Positions 29,275 to 39,239 of a stretch of DNA of 64,000 bases are shown here, one piece after another. Below the pieces are notes generated by a model that was given only the letters and a program-made list of their open reading frames with translations, made no database searches and was not told where the DNA came from. The position numbers were made by a program, and so were the translations under genes. Position 1 is the stretch's first letter; every line of letters begins with the position of its first letter. Source of the DNA: an uncultured Candidatus Poseidoniales archaeon (lineage in GTDB: Archaea; Thermoplasmatota; Poseidoniia; Poseidoniales; Thalassarchaeaceae); the NCBI GenBank assembly GCA_964576865.1, contig CAZNVK010000008.1:570-64569 (forward strand), in the 5' to 3' direction.

Positions 29275-32060
29275 TTGACTTGGCCGAGAAGAATGAGGAT
29301 GAGATGGTCGGCTACCGGCAACAGCCGGGAAAGTTGCCCTTTTCGAAGCCGGGTTCGGGAGGGAAAAATCAATTCTCCAAGCCGACGGATCAGGCGATGA
29401 TTCCTGAGTCACATGGCGGAGAGAAGGTACAGCCTTGGGGTCCTCATCGCCACGATGGGCTGGTCAGCGGGCAGGTCATCGGTAAGCCGACTGCGCTTGT
29501 CGATAGTCGTTGGAAGGTGACTGGACAAGCGCATTATGGTGATGATGTGCGATTGCCGGGCGAGCTGATCGGTAGGATTGTTCGCTCGCCCCACCATTAT
29601 GCTCGAGTGCTCTCTATCGATTGCTCGAGGGCACTCGAATTGCCGGGCGTTGTCGCGATTGCGACGGGGGCTGATGCTGCGAACAAATTCGGCGTGCTGC
29701 CGGTTACCAAGGATGAGCACGCCATGGCCGTAGAGAAGGTTCGCCACGCTGGCGATTTGGTCTGCTGCGTGGCGGCGGAGGATGAGGCGACGGCTCGGGA
29801 GGCCGAGCGCTTGATCGAGGTCGAGTACGAAGTTCTCGACTCGATTCACGATATGCGCGACGGCTTGGAGGATTCCGAGAATCCGATTCACGATAGAGGT
29901 CGCTACCACATCGGAGAGGCAAATGTGCAGAAGCGTGTCTTCCAAGAGTTCGGCGATGTGGATGGAATGGCGGGTAATGCGGTCGCCAGCCACAAGCAGA
30001 ATTGGTTGTTCGCGGGTGTGAATCACGCAGCGACCGAGCCGCACGCAGTGGTCGCTCACTGGGACCCTTCGGGCCGGCTGACGCTCTACACTCCGCAACA
30101 AGTTCCCCACTATGTCCACCGGGCTTTGGCAGATGTCCTCGAGATTCCGATGCACCAAATCAATGTCCACCGTACATTCGTTGGCGGTGGCTTCGGCGGC
30201 AAATCTGACCCATTTCCGCACGAGATGTGCGCGGCCATTCTGGCGCGAAAATCTGGCCGCCCGGTGCGGATTACCTTCGACCGCGAGGAAGTCTATTGGA
30301 TCAATCGCGGTCGCCACCCAAGTCGAATCGAAATGAATCTGCACGCGGATTCGGAGGGGCGAATCTGCGGTATCGAAACCGATGCGCTCATCGATGGTGG
30401 GGGATTCGCCTCATTCGGTCACGTCACGACCTACTACAACGGTGTGCTCCACACCGCGCCTTACGAAATAGGAGCGTTCCATTACACCGGCGCTCGCGTC
30501 TGGACGAATAAGCCGGCGAGCGGCGCGATGCGCGGTCACGGCGCGGTCAATTCACGCTGCGCGGTCGAGACCGGGCTCGACGACCTAGCGGAGCAGCTCG
30601 CCGTCGACCCGATCACCCTACGGCTCGCAAATCTTCTCCCACCACACTCGGCGACAATCACCGGTTTCCGCGTCACCAGCATCGGAATGCGGGAATGCCT
30701 CGAGCGAGTCAAGGAAGCGAGCGGCTGGGACGAGAAATTCCGCAAGATGCCGCTCGGCAAAGGAATCGGTATCGGCTGCGGATTCTTCATCTCGGGCTCG
30801 GGACTACCAATTCACTGGGACCCGAACAAATTCCCACACGCCACCGTCCACCTCAAAATCGACATGGATGGCGGAGTCACAGTCCACACCGGCGCCGCAG
30901 AAATAGGCCAAGGCTCGGACACCGTCGTCGCCCAAGCCGTCGCCGAGGTCCTAGGTCTCCCCCTCGACATGATTCGCATCAAGTCACGCGACTCCGACAC
31001 CTCCCCTGTCGACCTCGGCTCCTACTCCTCGCGTGTCACATTCATGAACGCAAACGCGGCGATTTCCGCAGCCATGGAAATCCGCGACCGGCTCCTCGAC
31101 GCAACCGCGGAAATCACCGGAGCCGCCCGAGCAAAACTCGTCATCGGCGACCGCCGAATCTTCGCAAAGAACGACCCGGCGGTCGGCGTCTCCTACCTAG
31201 AAGCGCTCCACAAGGCCCAGGAGGACCGTGGAGCACTGGTCTCATCGGGCGCGTACCGAACGCCCCCGATGGGCCGCACCCACAAGGGCGCGGCCGCCGG
31301 CCTTGCGCCGGCGTATTCGTTCTCAGCCTACGTAGCAGAGGTGTCCGTCGACGTCGAAACCGGGCAAACCAAAGTGGAGGAAGTTTGGGCGGCGCACGAT
31401 TGTGGCAAAGCACTCAATCCGCTCTCCGTGAAAGGGCAAATCATCGGCTCCTGCCACATGGGGATGGGCCAAGTTCTCAGCGAGGAAATGCGCTACGGTC
31501 GCAGCGGCCATCTGATGAATCCCGACCTGCTCGATTACAAGATTCCGAGCGTTCACGAAATGCCGAAAGTGACTCCGATTATTGTTGAGTCGAACGACCC
31601 GGAAGGGCCGTTCGGGGCGAAGGAGGCGGGCGAGGGTCCGTTGTTGCCGATTTTGCCCGCCGTCTGTAATGCGGTGTATGATGCGGTGGGCGTGAGGACG
31701 GCTGAATTGCCTATCACGCCCGACCGCATGCACAAATTGATTGAGAAGAAGTGCAAATCGAGCGGAATCAAAGATCCTCTCGATTTGGTCGCGCCACTGC
31801 TCGAACACTCTGCTCTGCAGGATGCTCTCGCCGCGCGCGCAGACGAGCATGCCGAGCGAGACCTCGCTCGCAGGCTCGATGATGACCGCCAGCCCTACCA
31901 CAATGGTGCGCTCTTCGGGCTCGACCCGACCGTCCCTCCAGACGAGGTCGATGAGCGCTGGGCGGTCAATGTGATTCCATCCAAAGAATACCTTGCTTCC
32001 CCGCGCTTGGCAGGTAGCGCGTGGAAGCATACCGAGCGCCGGCACCGAGGTGATGCCTGA
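29271..32060 (+). CDS. Mo-hydroxylase large (molybdopterin-binding) subunit, xanthine dehydrogenase/aldehyde oxidase family
   Basis: 929 aa with GTGA overlap to the small subunit. Blocks GGGFGGK, GAMRGHGAVN, EIGQGSDT and AKEAGEGPLLP. About 70-aa N-terminal and about 140-aa C-terminal extensions beyond the usual core. Confidence 0.9.
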   Translation: MIDLAEKNEDEMVGYRQQPGKLPFSKPGSGGKNQFSKPTDQAMIPESHGGEKVQPWGPHRHDGLVSGQVIGKPTALVDSRWKVTGQAHYGDDVRLPGELIGRIVRSPHHYARVLSIDCSRALELPGVVAIATGADAANKFGVLPVTKDEHAMAVEKVRHAGDLVCCVAAEDEATAREAERLIEVEYEVLDSIHDMRDGLEDSENPIHDRGRYHIGEANVQKRVFQEFGDVDGMAGNAVASHKQNWLFAGVNHAATEPHAVVAHWDPSGRLTLYTPQQVPHYVHRALADVLEIPMHQINVHRTFVGGGFGGKSDPFPHEMCAAILARKSGRPVRITFDREEVYWINRGRHPSRIEMNLHADSEGRICGIETDALIDGGGFASFGHVTTYYNGVLHTAPYEIGAFHYTGARVWTNKPASGAMRGHGAVNSRCAVETGLDDLAEQLAVDPITLRLANLLPPHSATITGFRVTSIGMRECLERVKEASGWDEKFRKMPLGKGIGIGCGFFISGSGLPIHWDPNKFPHATVHLKIDMDGGVTVHTGAAEIGQGSDTVVAQAVAEVLGLPLDMIRIKSRDSDTSPVDLGSYSSRVTFMNANAAISAAMEIRDRLLDATAEITGAARAKLVIGDRRIFAKNDPAVGVSYLEALHKAQEDRGALVSSGAYRTPPMGRTHKGAAAGLAPAYSFSAYVAEVSVDVETGQTKVEEVWAAHDCGKALNPLSVKGQIIGSCHMGMGQVLSEEMRYGRSGHLMNPDLLDYKIPSVHEMPKVTPIIVESNDPEGPFGAKEAGEGPLLPILPAVCNAVYDAVGVRTAELPITPDRMHKLIEKKCKSSGIKDPLDLVAPLLEHSALQDALAARADEHAERDLARRLDDDRQPYHNGALFGLDPTVPPDEVDERWAVNVIPSKEYLASPRLAGSAWKHTERRHRGDA

Positions 32061-32181
32061 TGTTCGAACCGCTCGCGGAGAACGCGACTAGCGCAGCGCA
32101 CGCTGCCCTCCCACCAACCCAACCTCCGCGTGCTCCGCGTGCTCAGCGTGAGGCACCCCTGACGAATGGAGGTGAACTCTG

Positions 32182-33162
32182 ATGCGCATGCCTCCATTCA
32201 ACCTCCACAATCCGAAGAGCCTCGACGAGGCGCTCGCCACTGCAGGAGAACTCGCCGCCGCCGGCCATGAATTCGATTGGGTCGCCGGCGGCACCGACCT
32301 GCTGCCCAATTACAAGTGGCACATCAATGTCAAGCCTCACGTGATCTCGCTGGCCCGAGTCAGCGAACTCACCAAGCTCAGCTCGACCCACATCGGCGCG
32401 ATGGTACGACTCCACGACCTAGCCGAAGCCGACGAGACCCACCCGGTCCTCGCAAAAGCGGCAGACTCGATCGCCAGCGTTCTCATCCGCCGCTCTGGAA
32501 CCGTTGGCGGAAACATCTGCCTTGACACGCGATGTTATTGGTTCAACCAGACCGAGCAATGGCGCGAATCGATTGACTGGTGCCACAAGTGCGACTGCGG
32601 AACCGATGCCGACTGCCGCGTGATTCCGAACCAGAACACCCTCTGTGTCGCCACCTACCAGGCCGACCTCGCTCCGGTACTGATGTGCCTCGACGCGACC
32701 ATTCACCTCGCTTCGCCGGACCGCAAACGCTCGATGCCGCTCAGCGAATTTTTCCAACTCGACGGGATGACCCGCAATGTGCTACAGCCCGGCGAGTTGG
32801 TCACTCACCTGACCCTCCCAGATGACGCAGGTGAGTGGCAAGGAGATTACCAGAAGTTGAGGCAGCGCGAGTCTTGGGATTTCCCAGAGGCGGGAGTTGC
32901 CGTACTGTGGAAGAAGAACGGGGGTGCAAAACCAGCCGCACTCCGAGTCGCGACTACCGGACTGGAATCGATTCCTGGACTACACACCGAACAAGCCGAA
33001 GCGGCCCTCAGCGATTGGAATGGAATGGAATCCATCGATGCGATGGCAGAGGCGATTCGAAAAGCCGTCAAACCCGTACAAAACACGTGGTACGCGCCTT
33101 CGTATAGGAGAAAGATGGTCAAGGTACTCACACGTCGCGCGTGTGCAGGGATGCTGGAGTGA
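32182..33162 (+). CDS. Mo-hydroxylase medium (FAD-binding) subunit
   Basis: GGTDLLPNYKW, RRSGTVGGNI and a C-terminal CO-dehydrogenase-flavoprotein-like domain. GGAGGTG 7 nt before the ATG. Confidence 0.85.
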   Translation: MRMPPFNLHNPKSLDEALATAGELAAAGHEFDWVAGGTDLLPNYKWHINVKPHVISLARVSELTKLSSTHIGAMVRLHDLAEADETHPVLAKAADSIASVLIRRSGTVGGNICLDTRCYWFNQTEQWRESIDWCHKCDCGTDADCRVIPNQNTLCVATYQADLAPVLMCLDATIHLASPDRKRSMPLSEFFQLDGMTRNVLQPGELVTHLTLPDDAGEWQGDYQKLRQRESWDFPEAGVAVLWKKNGGAKPAALRVATTGLESIPGLHTEQAEAALSDWNGMESIDAMAEAIRKAVKPVQNTWYAPSYRRKMVKVLTRRACAGMLE

Positions 33163-33167
33163 GCCGA

Positions 33168-34106
33168 ATGAAGTCGCGAATCATGGTTCTAAGTGTCATC
33201 GCGATGATGCTGCTTCCAATCGTTCCAAGCACCATCGCGCAGCCCGATCCATCGATTGGAAATTGGGAACTCGGTATCGACTATCCTGAGGAAGATGATT
33301 CGAATCCATTCATGGTTCAGAAAAACGGAAACAACATCATCACATTTTGGGTTGCGAATGACGGATTATTCAACATCAAGGTCTCCTTCGAGTACGACAT
33401 CCCTTGGGAGGCTCAATTCTCCGGCCCAGAGAGTGCGACGGTCGGGGCCGGCAGCAATACTTCCATCGACCTCGTCATCGTTGGAATTGATGTCTATGCT
33501 CATGCCGCAGGTACGCAAGAGACGTTCACAATCACTGCAAATCTGGATGAGCGAAATGGGATGCCAGTCATCATCCCAGAATCTCAGGAGAAATCAGGTA
33601 CCCTTGAAATTCCAGAGATCTTCGAATTGAGCGTCGACCTCGCCGACCCAGTCGGTCCGATGAACGCTGGAACCGACGCCATCCTGCGCGTCACCGTCAC
33701 CAATCGAGGCAATGCTCGTGACAAGGTTCGCGAGGTCGAAGTTACAGACGATTGCCCTCTGATGACGACCGATGAAGGACTGGATGTCCTGCTATCAAGA
33801 AACCTCGAGAAGGGCGGAGCGACGACAGCCGATCTCAAGGTGATGGCATCGGAGAGCCACCCAGCTCGACAGTGCCGCATCGAGGTGACCGTGGCATCAG
33901 ATGGAGCCGACGGTACTCAACTTGCAACCGATTACACTCGAGTGACCGTCGAAACCACTCCGACTAAACCCGACGACCCTGAGGACCCAGACGAGCCCAG
34001 CGACCCCGTAGAAGTAGTCACCTCCAACCTTCCCGCACCAGGCCTCAGCATCATCCTAAGCATCCTAATCGGGGTATTGATCGCAAGAAGCTCAAGACGC
34101 TTCTAA
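33168..34106 (+). CDS. Secreted protein with CARDB-like beta-sandwich repeats and PGF-CTERM-like tail
   Basis: Signal peptide. ILRVTVTNRGNARDKV-type strand motif. Pro/Asp/Glu linker, then LPAPGLSIILSILIGVLIARSSRRF. Confidence 0.6.
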   Translation: MKSRIMVLSVIAMMLLPIVPSTIAQPDPSIGNWELGIDYPEEDDSNPFMVQKNGNNIITFWVANDGLFNIKVSFEYDIPWEAQFSGPESATVGAGSNTSIDLVIVGIDVYAHAAGTQETFTITANLDERNGMPVIIPESQEKSGTLEIPEIFELSVDLADPVGPMNAGTDAILRVTVTNRGNARDKVREVEVTDDCPLMTTDEGLDVLLSRNLEKGGATTADLKVMASESHPARQCRIEVTVASDGADGTQLATDYTRVTVETTPTKPDDPEDPDEPSDPVEVVTSNLPAPGLSIILSILIGVLIARSSRRF

Positions 34107-34296
34107 TTCAATACCAAAGACCCTACGTTATGGGCCTGTTTCAGCGCACTGTGATGGTGCAGAATAAGCAGCGAGAGCAGCCCAATCCACTTTGTCGAGG
34201 TGCCCTGTAATCAACAACATATATCTGTGGTATGAGGCTCGCGACGAAGCGTAGGTGTGCCCAGCGTACGCTAACGATGAAAGGATTGGTAATGCA

Positions 34297-35901
34297 ATGG
34301 CTGGCGAGAAATCCGAGGAAGCCAATTTCACCAATATCGTGGTGGGCTCCGTGGCAACCACTCTGGTCCTCCTTCTGATCCTCCCTATGATCTTCGTCGC
34401 GGGCAAATCCACTTACTACTCCGCCTATGTGGAGGGGGGGGATAGCGACACTGAGAAACTCGCCCAAGTCTCCGATATGAGGGACTCGTTAGCGGACACT
34501 TCTGACTCAGATGTCAACGGTTATTTCATCGCTAACACCATGTCGACTCCAATGTTGGTCAACGATTGGAAGGACCCTCACAGAACCGCTTTGATGGTTA
34601 TTGGTCCAGAAAAACCAATCGCTGAAACTGAAGCGCAAGCAATTTTCGATTTCGTCACCGAGAAAGGAGGCAAGGTAATCGTTGCTGCAGACGGGACGAA
34701 TGCCAACCGTCTAGCCGAGAAATTCGGAGTGACCTTCTTCGATGCTCCTCTGAATGACGAGAACCAATTCTGGTTGGAGTATGAGAACGGAGAGGCGGTT
34801 CGTGGTTCCTGGCTCAATGTATGGGGATTGGCCTCAGTATCGCAAGACGTAAACGATCTGGAGGCTTCCTACCTCAGACAGGGTTGTGTCGATGCCCTTG
34901 ATCGCCCTGAGAATCGCTTGAACTGCCGACTGCCAGTTATGTTCCGCTCACCTACGGGAATGAAGTTCGAGCCATTGCCAATGGACACCACAAACCCAAA
35001 TCATCGTGATGTCAACATTCTTTCGATGGCCTCATCATCTGCTTTCATCGACATCCAAGGTAATGGTCGAGCCGATGATCCCAAGAATCCAGCTCCAGGA
35101 GATCTCTCGACGATTATCCGCATCGATTATCCCAATATCACCGCCTTCGATCAGGTGACGGCCGGTAGCGGCGGACTAGGCGGGAATACTCGAGAACTCT
35201 CGGTCACTGGTAGTATCGTATTCGTCGCGGATGAGGAGGCATTCTCTAACCGGATGTGGAATCTTGATGTTGCCGAAGAGAACAAGATGAGTCGAACCTG
35301 CGAGCAGCACACGAATCATTGCTGGCGAGACATCGTACGTGATACAGATTGGGAAGGAAACGAGTTGTACTTCGAACTCCTGATCAATGATATGATGGAA
35401 CACGACAATCAGAAAATGGCGAAGTCTGTACGTACCGACCATAGCAATTTCCAAATCGTCTTCGACGAGAGTCGTCACGTTACAGGAATCATCTCCGCCC
35501 CCTTCGTCGAAGCGATGGGAACCGTCGTTCTCCTGACGTCGAATACTTTCCTCAAGTGGCTCGTTGTCCTCAATGTCGGCCTGCTGCTTCTCGTCGCAAT
35601 GATGGTTGTTCCCGAGAAGGAGAATTGGCGCCATGTCTTCGATCTCACGCGTTTCAAGGACCGCCCCAATAAATTGGATCCAGGCACCTATCGCACACGT
35701 GTGCAGCAGGCGTTATTCACCAAGGTCAGAGTTCATTACGACCTCACCCGCGACCAGATGGCGGTTAAGCCGCCGGCTGAGATTCAAACGATGATCGGAG
35801 ACCCCCGACTCGTGGAATTGGCATATAGCCAGAGCCGAAAATACACTCCCCAGGAATTGCGACAGCTGATGGTCGCGATACGACGCTGGGGTAAGAACTG
35901 A
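34297..35901 (+). CDS. Hypothetical membrane protein, first gene of the MoxR-DUF58 cluster
   Basis: N-terminal TM, large extracytoplasmic domain, and a C-terminal TM (VVLLTSNTFLKWLVVLNVGLLLLVAMMVV). Possibly DUF4350-like; unverified. The ORF opens with GTG at 34255. Confidence 0.55.
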   Translation: MAGEKSEEANFTNIVVGSVATTLVLLLILPMIFVAGKSTYYSAYVEGGDSDTEKLAQVSDMRDSLADTSDSDVNGYFIANTMSTPMLVNDWKDPHRTALMVIGPEKPIAETEAQAIFDFVTEKGGKVIVAADGTNANRLAEKFGVTFFDAPLNDENQFWLEYENGEAVRGSWLNVWGLASVSQDVNDLEASYLRQGCVDALDRPENRLNCRLPVMFRSPTGMKFEPLPMDTTNPNHRDVNILSMASSSAFIDIQGNGRADDPKNPAPGDLSTIIRIDYPNITAFDQVTAGSGGLGGNTRELSVTGSIVFVADEEAFSNRMWNLDVAEENKMSRTCEQHTNHCWRDIVRDTDWEGNELYFELLINDMMEHDNQKMAKSVRTDHSNFQIVFDESRHVTGIISAPFVEAMGTVVLLTSNTFLKWLVVLNVGLLLLVAMMVVPEKENWRHVFDLTRFKDRPNKLDPGTYRTRVQQALFTKVRVHYDLTRDQMAVKPPAEIQTMIGDPRLVELAYSQSRKYTPQELRQLMVAIRRWGKN

Positions 35902-35927
35902 AAAAAACAGAAAATGGAGAGAGAAGA

Positions 35928-36932
35928 ATGACTGAAGAAAAAGCAGCGACCAAGAAGAAGGCCGCAGGGACCAAGAAAGTGAGCGATAAGCTCGCTGCCG
36001 TCGGTGCGATCGGACAAGCGATCAGCACCGAGGTACAGAAGGTGATTATTGGAAAGAGCCACGTGATCGACAATGTGTTGGTCAACATCCTGTCCAATGG
36101 AAACCTCCTGTTCGAGGATTACCCGGGCCTTGCAAAGACCCTGATGACGAATACGTTTGCCGATGCGCTCGGCTGCGACTTCAAGCGTGTACAGTTCACG
36201 CCTGACCTGTTGCCAGCCGATATCACGGGAACGAATATCTACGATGCGAAGAAGGGAGAGTTCACGTTCAAGCCTGGACCTATCTTCTGCAACCTACTCC
36301 TGTCTGACGAGATTAACCGTGCGCCACCAAAGACGCAAGCGGCTCTTCTCGAGGCCATGCAGGAGAAGCAGGTGACCATCGGAACCGTCACCCACAAGCT
36401 CCCAGCTCCGTTCCTGACGATGGCGACCCAGAACCCTGTCGAGCAGGAAGGAACTTACCCACTACCTGAAGCTCAGCTTGACCGATTCATGTTCAAGATG
36501 AGTGTCGGATACCCAGACCGCGCAGATGAGGACGAAATCCTCGCTCGACGTATCGCCCGAAAGAAGGACGAGGTCGAGGTTGAGGTCATCACTGACCCAG
36601 CACGTGTGGTTGCAATGCAGCAAGCGATTGAGGATGTCTACGTCGACCCAGCAGTTCGCATGTACATGGTCGAGATTGTCTCGCGAACCCGTGAGGACCC
36701 ACGAGTGCTCGTCGGTTCCTCGCCACGTGGTTCGCAGGCTCTGTTGAAGACGAGCCGATCCGCCGCTGCAATGCGCGGTCGCGACTTCGTGACTCCTGAC
36801 GATGTGAAGTCGGTTGCAACCCTCGCGGTCGCCCACCGATTGATCCTCAAGCCTGAGCACCAGATCAAGGGACTGGAGACTGACGAAGTCATCTCGGACA
36901 TCCTGCGTCAGGTACCAGTGCCAACAGTGTGA
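35928..36932 (+). CDS. MoxR-family AAA+ ATPase
   Basis: LLFEDYPGLAKT (Walker A region), LLLSDEINRAPPKTQAALLEAMQE (Walker B/sensor), and VGSSPRGSQALL. Confidence 0.9.
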   Translation: MTEEKAATKKKAAGTKKVSDKLAAVGAIGQAISTEVQKVIIGKSHVIDNVLVNILSNGNLLFEDYPGLAKTLMTNTFADALGCDFKRVQFTPDLLPADITGTNIYDAKKGEFTFKPGPIFCNLLLSDEINRAPPKTQAALLEAMQEKQVTIGTVTHKLPAPFLTMATQNPVEQEGTYPLPEAQLDRFMFKMSVGYPDRADEDEILARRIARKKDEVEVEVITDPARVVAMQQAIEDVYVDPAVRMYMVEIVSRTREDPRVLVGSSPRGSQALLKTSRSAAAMRGRDFVTPDDVKSVATLAVAHRLILKPEHQIKGLETDEVISDILRQVPVPTV

Positions 36933-36969
36933 GACAGTCGAACGACTGAAGAAAGGGAGGTGAGAGCCG

Positions 36970-38286
36970 ATGGCATGGAGCAGAAAATCAGCGATGTTCG
37001 CCGCGCTGGCGATAGCATTGTACCTGCTTGGACTGGTGCTGCGAAATCAGCAATTGGTCACCGTCGCCGTGGTTCTCCTCTCATTCCTCACCTACGCGGC
37101 CTTCCGCACCACCCACGCAGATGTCGCATCGAGCGGCCGTCGTCTTGACGACGCGGAAGCCGACGCGGGAATCCAATTACAGACAATCATCGCCATGAGG
37201 AAGCTATCATCAGCACGCGTCTTCGAAGATGGTGAGATCGATGTCGTTCTCAGAATCCAGAACCGTTCAACTCTCTCCAAGGTTCTGGAGGTCCGAGACA
37301 GGGTCCCCGAAGTCATGCGAATCAAGAAGGGGGCGAATTACGTCCTGATGGAACTCGGTGGCCGAAAGGAAACCGAGATCGCCTACACGATTGAGGCCCC
37401 ATTGCGTGGATTCTACACAATCGGACCCGTATGTGTACGCGTACAGGATGCATTCGGCCTGTTCCACAATGAGCGCGAGATTCATCTCTACGATGATTTC
37501 CTCGTATTCCCAAAGATGGAGGACATCAAGGACGCGCTCATCAAGAGTCGTGTGCCGAAGATTTTCACCGGTGCGGTCAATATCCGCAACCCTGGTGAGG
37601 GAACCAATTTCTACAATCTGCGAGAATACATCCCCGGAGACCCGATGAAGAAGGTCAACTGGAAGGCGTGGGCTCGCTCTGGCAAGATGATGGTCAACGA
37701 ATTCGAGCGAGATGCTGTCAGCGACATCATTCTGATCATCGACAGCCGCTCTATCAGTGAGACCGGACCGGTCAGCCGGAATTCTCTGGTGTACAGCACT
37801 CGAGCGGCTGCCAGTCTCGCCCAGTATTTCCTAGCAAGGCGAGACTCGGTTGGCTTGGTGACCTATGGAGACGAAATCGTTTCCGTCGACCGCGATACCG
37901 GAAAGAAGCAACTCTACGTTATTTTGACCAAGCTCGCGGGCGCGATGGCAAAAGGAAACACTCCATTGAAGGTCGTCACCAACCGTATTCTACCACACAT
38001 CAACCGTGGTAGTCCAATCATCATCATGAGTCCACTCGAGGACGACCCGACCATCATGGACGCAGTACGCGACCTGAGGGCGCGCAATTTCGACGTGACC
38101 ATCCTTTCACCCTCGAGCCTTGAGTTTGAATTCGACGCACGAAGACTCGACAGAACTGGATACGAGGTTCTCAAGACCGAGCGTGACATCCTAATCAGCG
38201 AGTTGCGAGGTCTTGGTGCGAATGTGATGGATTGGGAACCGGACATGATGCTGGTTACCGCACTCGCAGGAGCGAGAGGATTCTGA
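36970..38286 (+). CDS. DUF58 (vWA-like) protein
   Basis: Two N-terminal TM segments. YIPGDPMKKVNWKAWARSGKMMVNEFE is the DUF58 signature. Sits downstream of MoxR, as is usual. Confidence 0.85.
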   Translation: MAWSRKSAMFAALAIALYLLGLVLRNQQLVTVAVVLLSFLTYAAFRTTHADVASSGRRLDDAEADAGIQLQTIIAMRKLSSARVFEDGEIDVVLRIQNRSTLSKVLEVRDRVPEVMRIKKGANYVLMELGGRKETEIAYTIEAPLRGFYTIGPVCVRVQDAFGLFHNEREIHLYDDFLVFPKMEDIKDALIKSRVPKIFTGAVNIRNPGEGTNFYNLREYIPGDPMKKVNWKAWARSGKMMVNEFERDAVSDIILIIDSRSISETGPVSRNSLVYSTRAAASLAQYFLARRDSVGLVTYGDEIVSVDRDTGKKQLYVILTKLAGAMAKGNTPLKVVTNRILPHINRGSPIIIMSPLEDDPTIMDAVRDLRARNFDVTILSPSSLEFEFDARRLDRTGYEVLKTERDILISELRGLGANVMDWEPDMMLVTALAGARGF

Positions 38287-38292
38287 GGTGAG

Positions 38293-39231
38293 ATGATGGC
38301 TGATCCGAAAGCAGAAGGTGCAAGCGATACCGCTCACCTATATGATGGAAAGACGATTCGCTCGTCCGCACCCAGTCGGAAGAAGGCAGCCGGGCGTCTG
38401 AAGTCCAGCACTGAGATTCCAGAGGATGCAATTCCTGAGATTCACGTTCCATCGTGGATTGAATCCTTCTTCGGCGGTCCTATCGTGTCCTCGATGAAGT
38501 TTCTTCCTGCGAATAACACCGTCTCGACCCTACAGATGGTATCGGGTGGAATCCTCATTCTCCTCACCTTCCTCACCTTCGTCATCACCCCGGTCTCAGG
38601 AACTGCTTGGTTCAGCCTCGCCAATGCAATTAGTATGCCGATCCTCGGGGGTATCCTACACATCACCATCCTCGCGGTAGGAGCAATCGGTGGTATCTAC
38701 GGGATTTTCCAGCGCGACCAAAGGGCGCTTCTGATTTCCTATGTCGCGCTGATTCTCGTCACTCTGCGATTCGCGGGAAGCAAGGTTGAATTCGGATTGA
38801 ATCTGCTTCCAGAGGGTGAAATCGCCCAGAAATTCCTACTCATTCTCTATGCTCTCTTCCTAGTGATGTACTTTGAATTGACGAGCGGTATCATTCGCTT
38901 CTCGATGCTCGACACCTCGATACGAACCGGCGAGGTCTATGTCATGGGTGAGGGGAAGATTATCCGCCAATATCACCGCGCCATCGGAATCACTCCACTG
39001 GTCGCTGGTGCGGTTGCCCTTCTGACCCTGCTGATCAACCTCATCGTGCCAGCGATCGTTGGTATCTTCGACAGCGTTCAGGCTGCAAGGTTGAGCGAGT
39101 CTGTCGAACTGACGAGCGTGTACGGTGTCGCTATGGGAACCGCATTCGTGTTCACGATTATTGCGGCGGCATTTGCGATTAATCTGCCGCTGCGAATCCA
39201 GCAGATGCAGGAAAACCGCAGCGGCAAGTGA
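38293..39231 (+). CDS. Hypothetical polytopic membrane protein
   Basis: 312 aa with about 6-7 TM segments. Starts 7 nt after the DUF58 stop. Confidence 0.55.
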   Translation: MMADPKAEGASDTAHLYDGKTIRSSAPSRKKAAGRLKSSTEIPEDAIPEIHVPSWIESFFGGPIVSSMKFLPANNTVSTLQMVSGGILILLTFLTFVITPVSGTAWFSLANAISMPILGGILHITILAVGAIGGIYGIFQRDQRALLISYVALILVTLRFAGSKVEFGLNLLPEGEIAQKFLLILYALFLVMYFELTSGIIRFSMLDTSIRTGEVYVMGEGKIIRQYHRAIGITPLVAGAVALLTLLINLIVPAIVGIFDSVQAARLSESVELTSVYGVAMGTAFVFTIIAAAFAINLPLRIQQMQENRSGK

Positions 39232-39239
39232 TGCTGCAC

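Noticed and set aside
29409-31588. 311-aa antisense ORF (29409-30344) and 297-aa Arg-rich alternative-frame ORF (30695-31588) inside the Mo-hydroxylase large subunit
   Set aside because: These are typical GC-rich shadow ORFs. Their composition is Arg/Pro/Ser-biased, they have no motifs, and they lie entirely within a confidently identified gene.
29271-32060. Aerobic carbon-monoxide dehydrogenase (CoxL) call
   Set aside because: The active-site loop reads GAMRGHG rather than AYxCSFR (form I) or AYRGAGR (form II). It is annotated generically as a xanthine dehydrogenase family enzyme.
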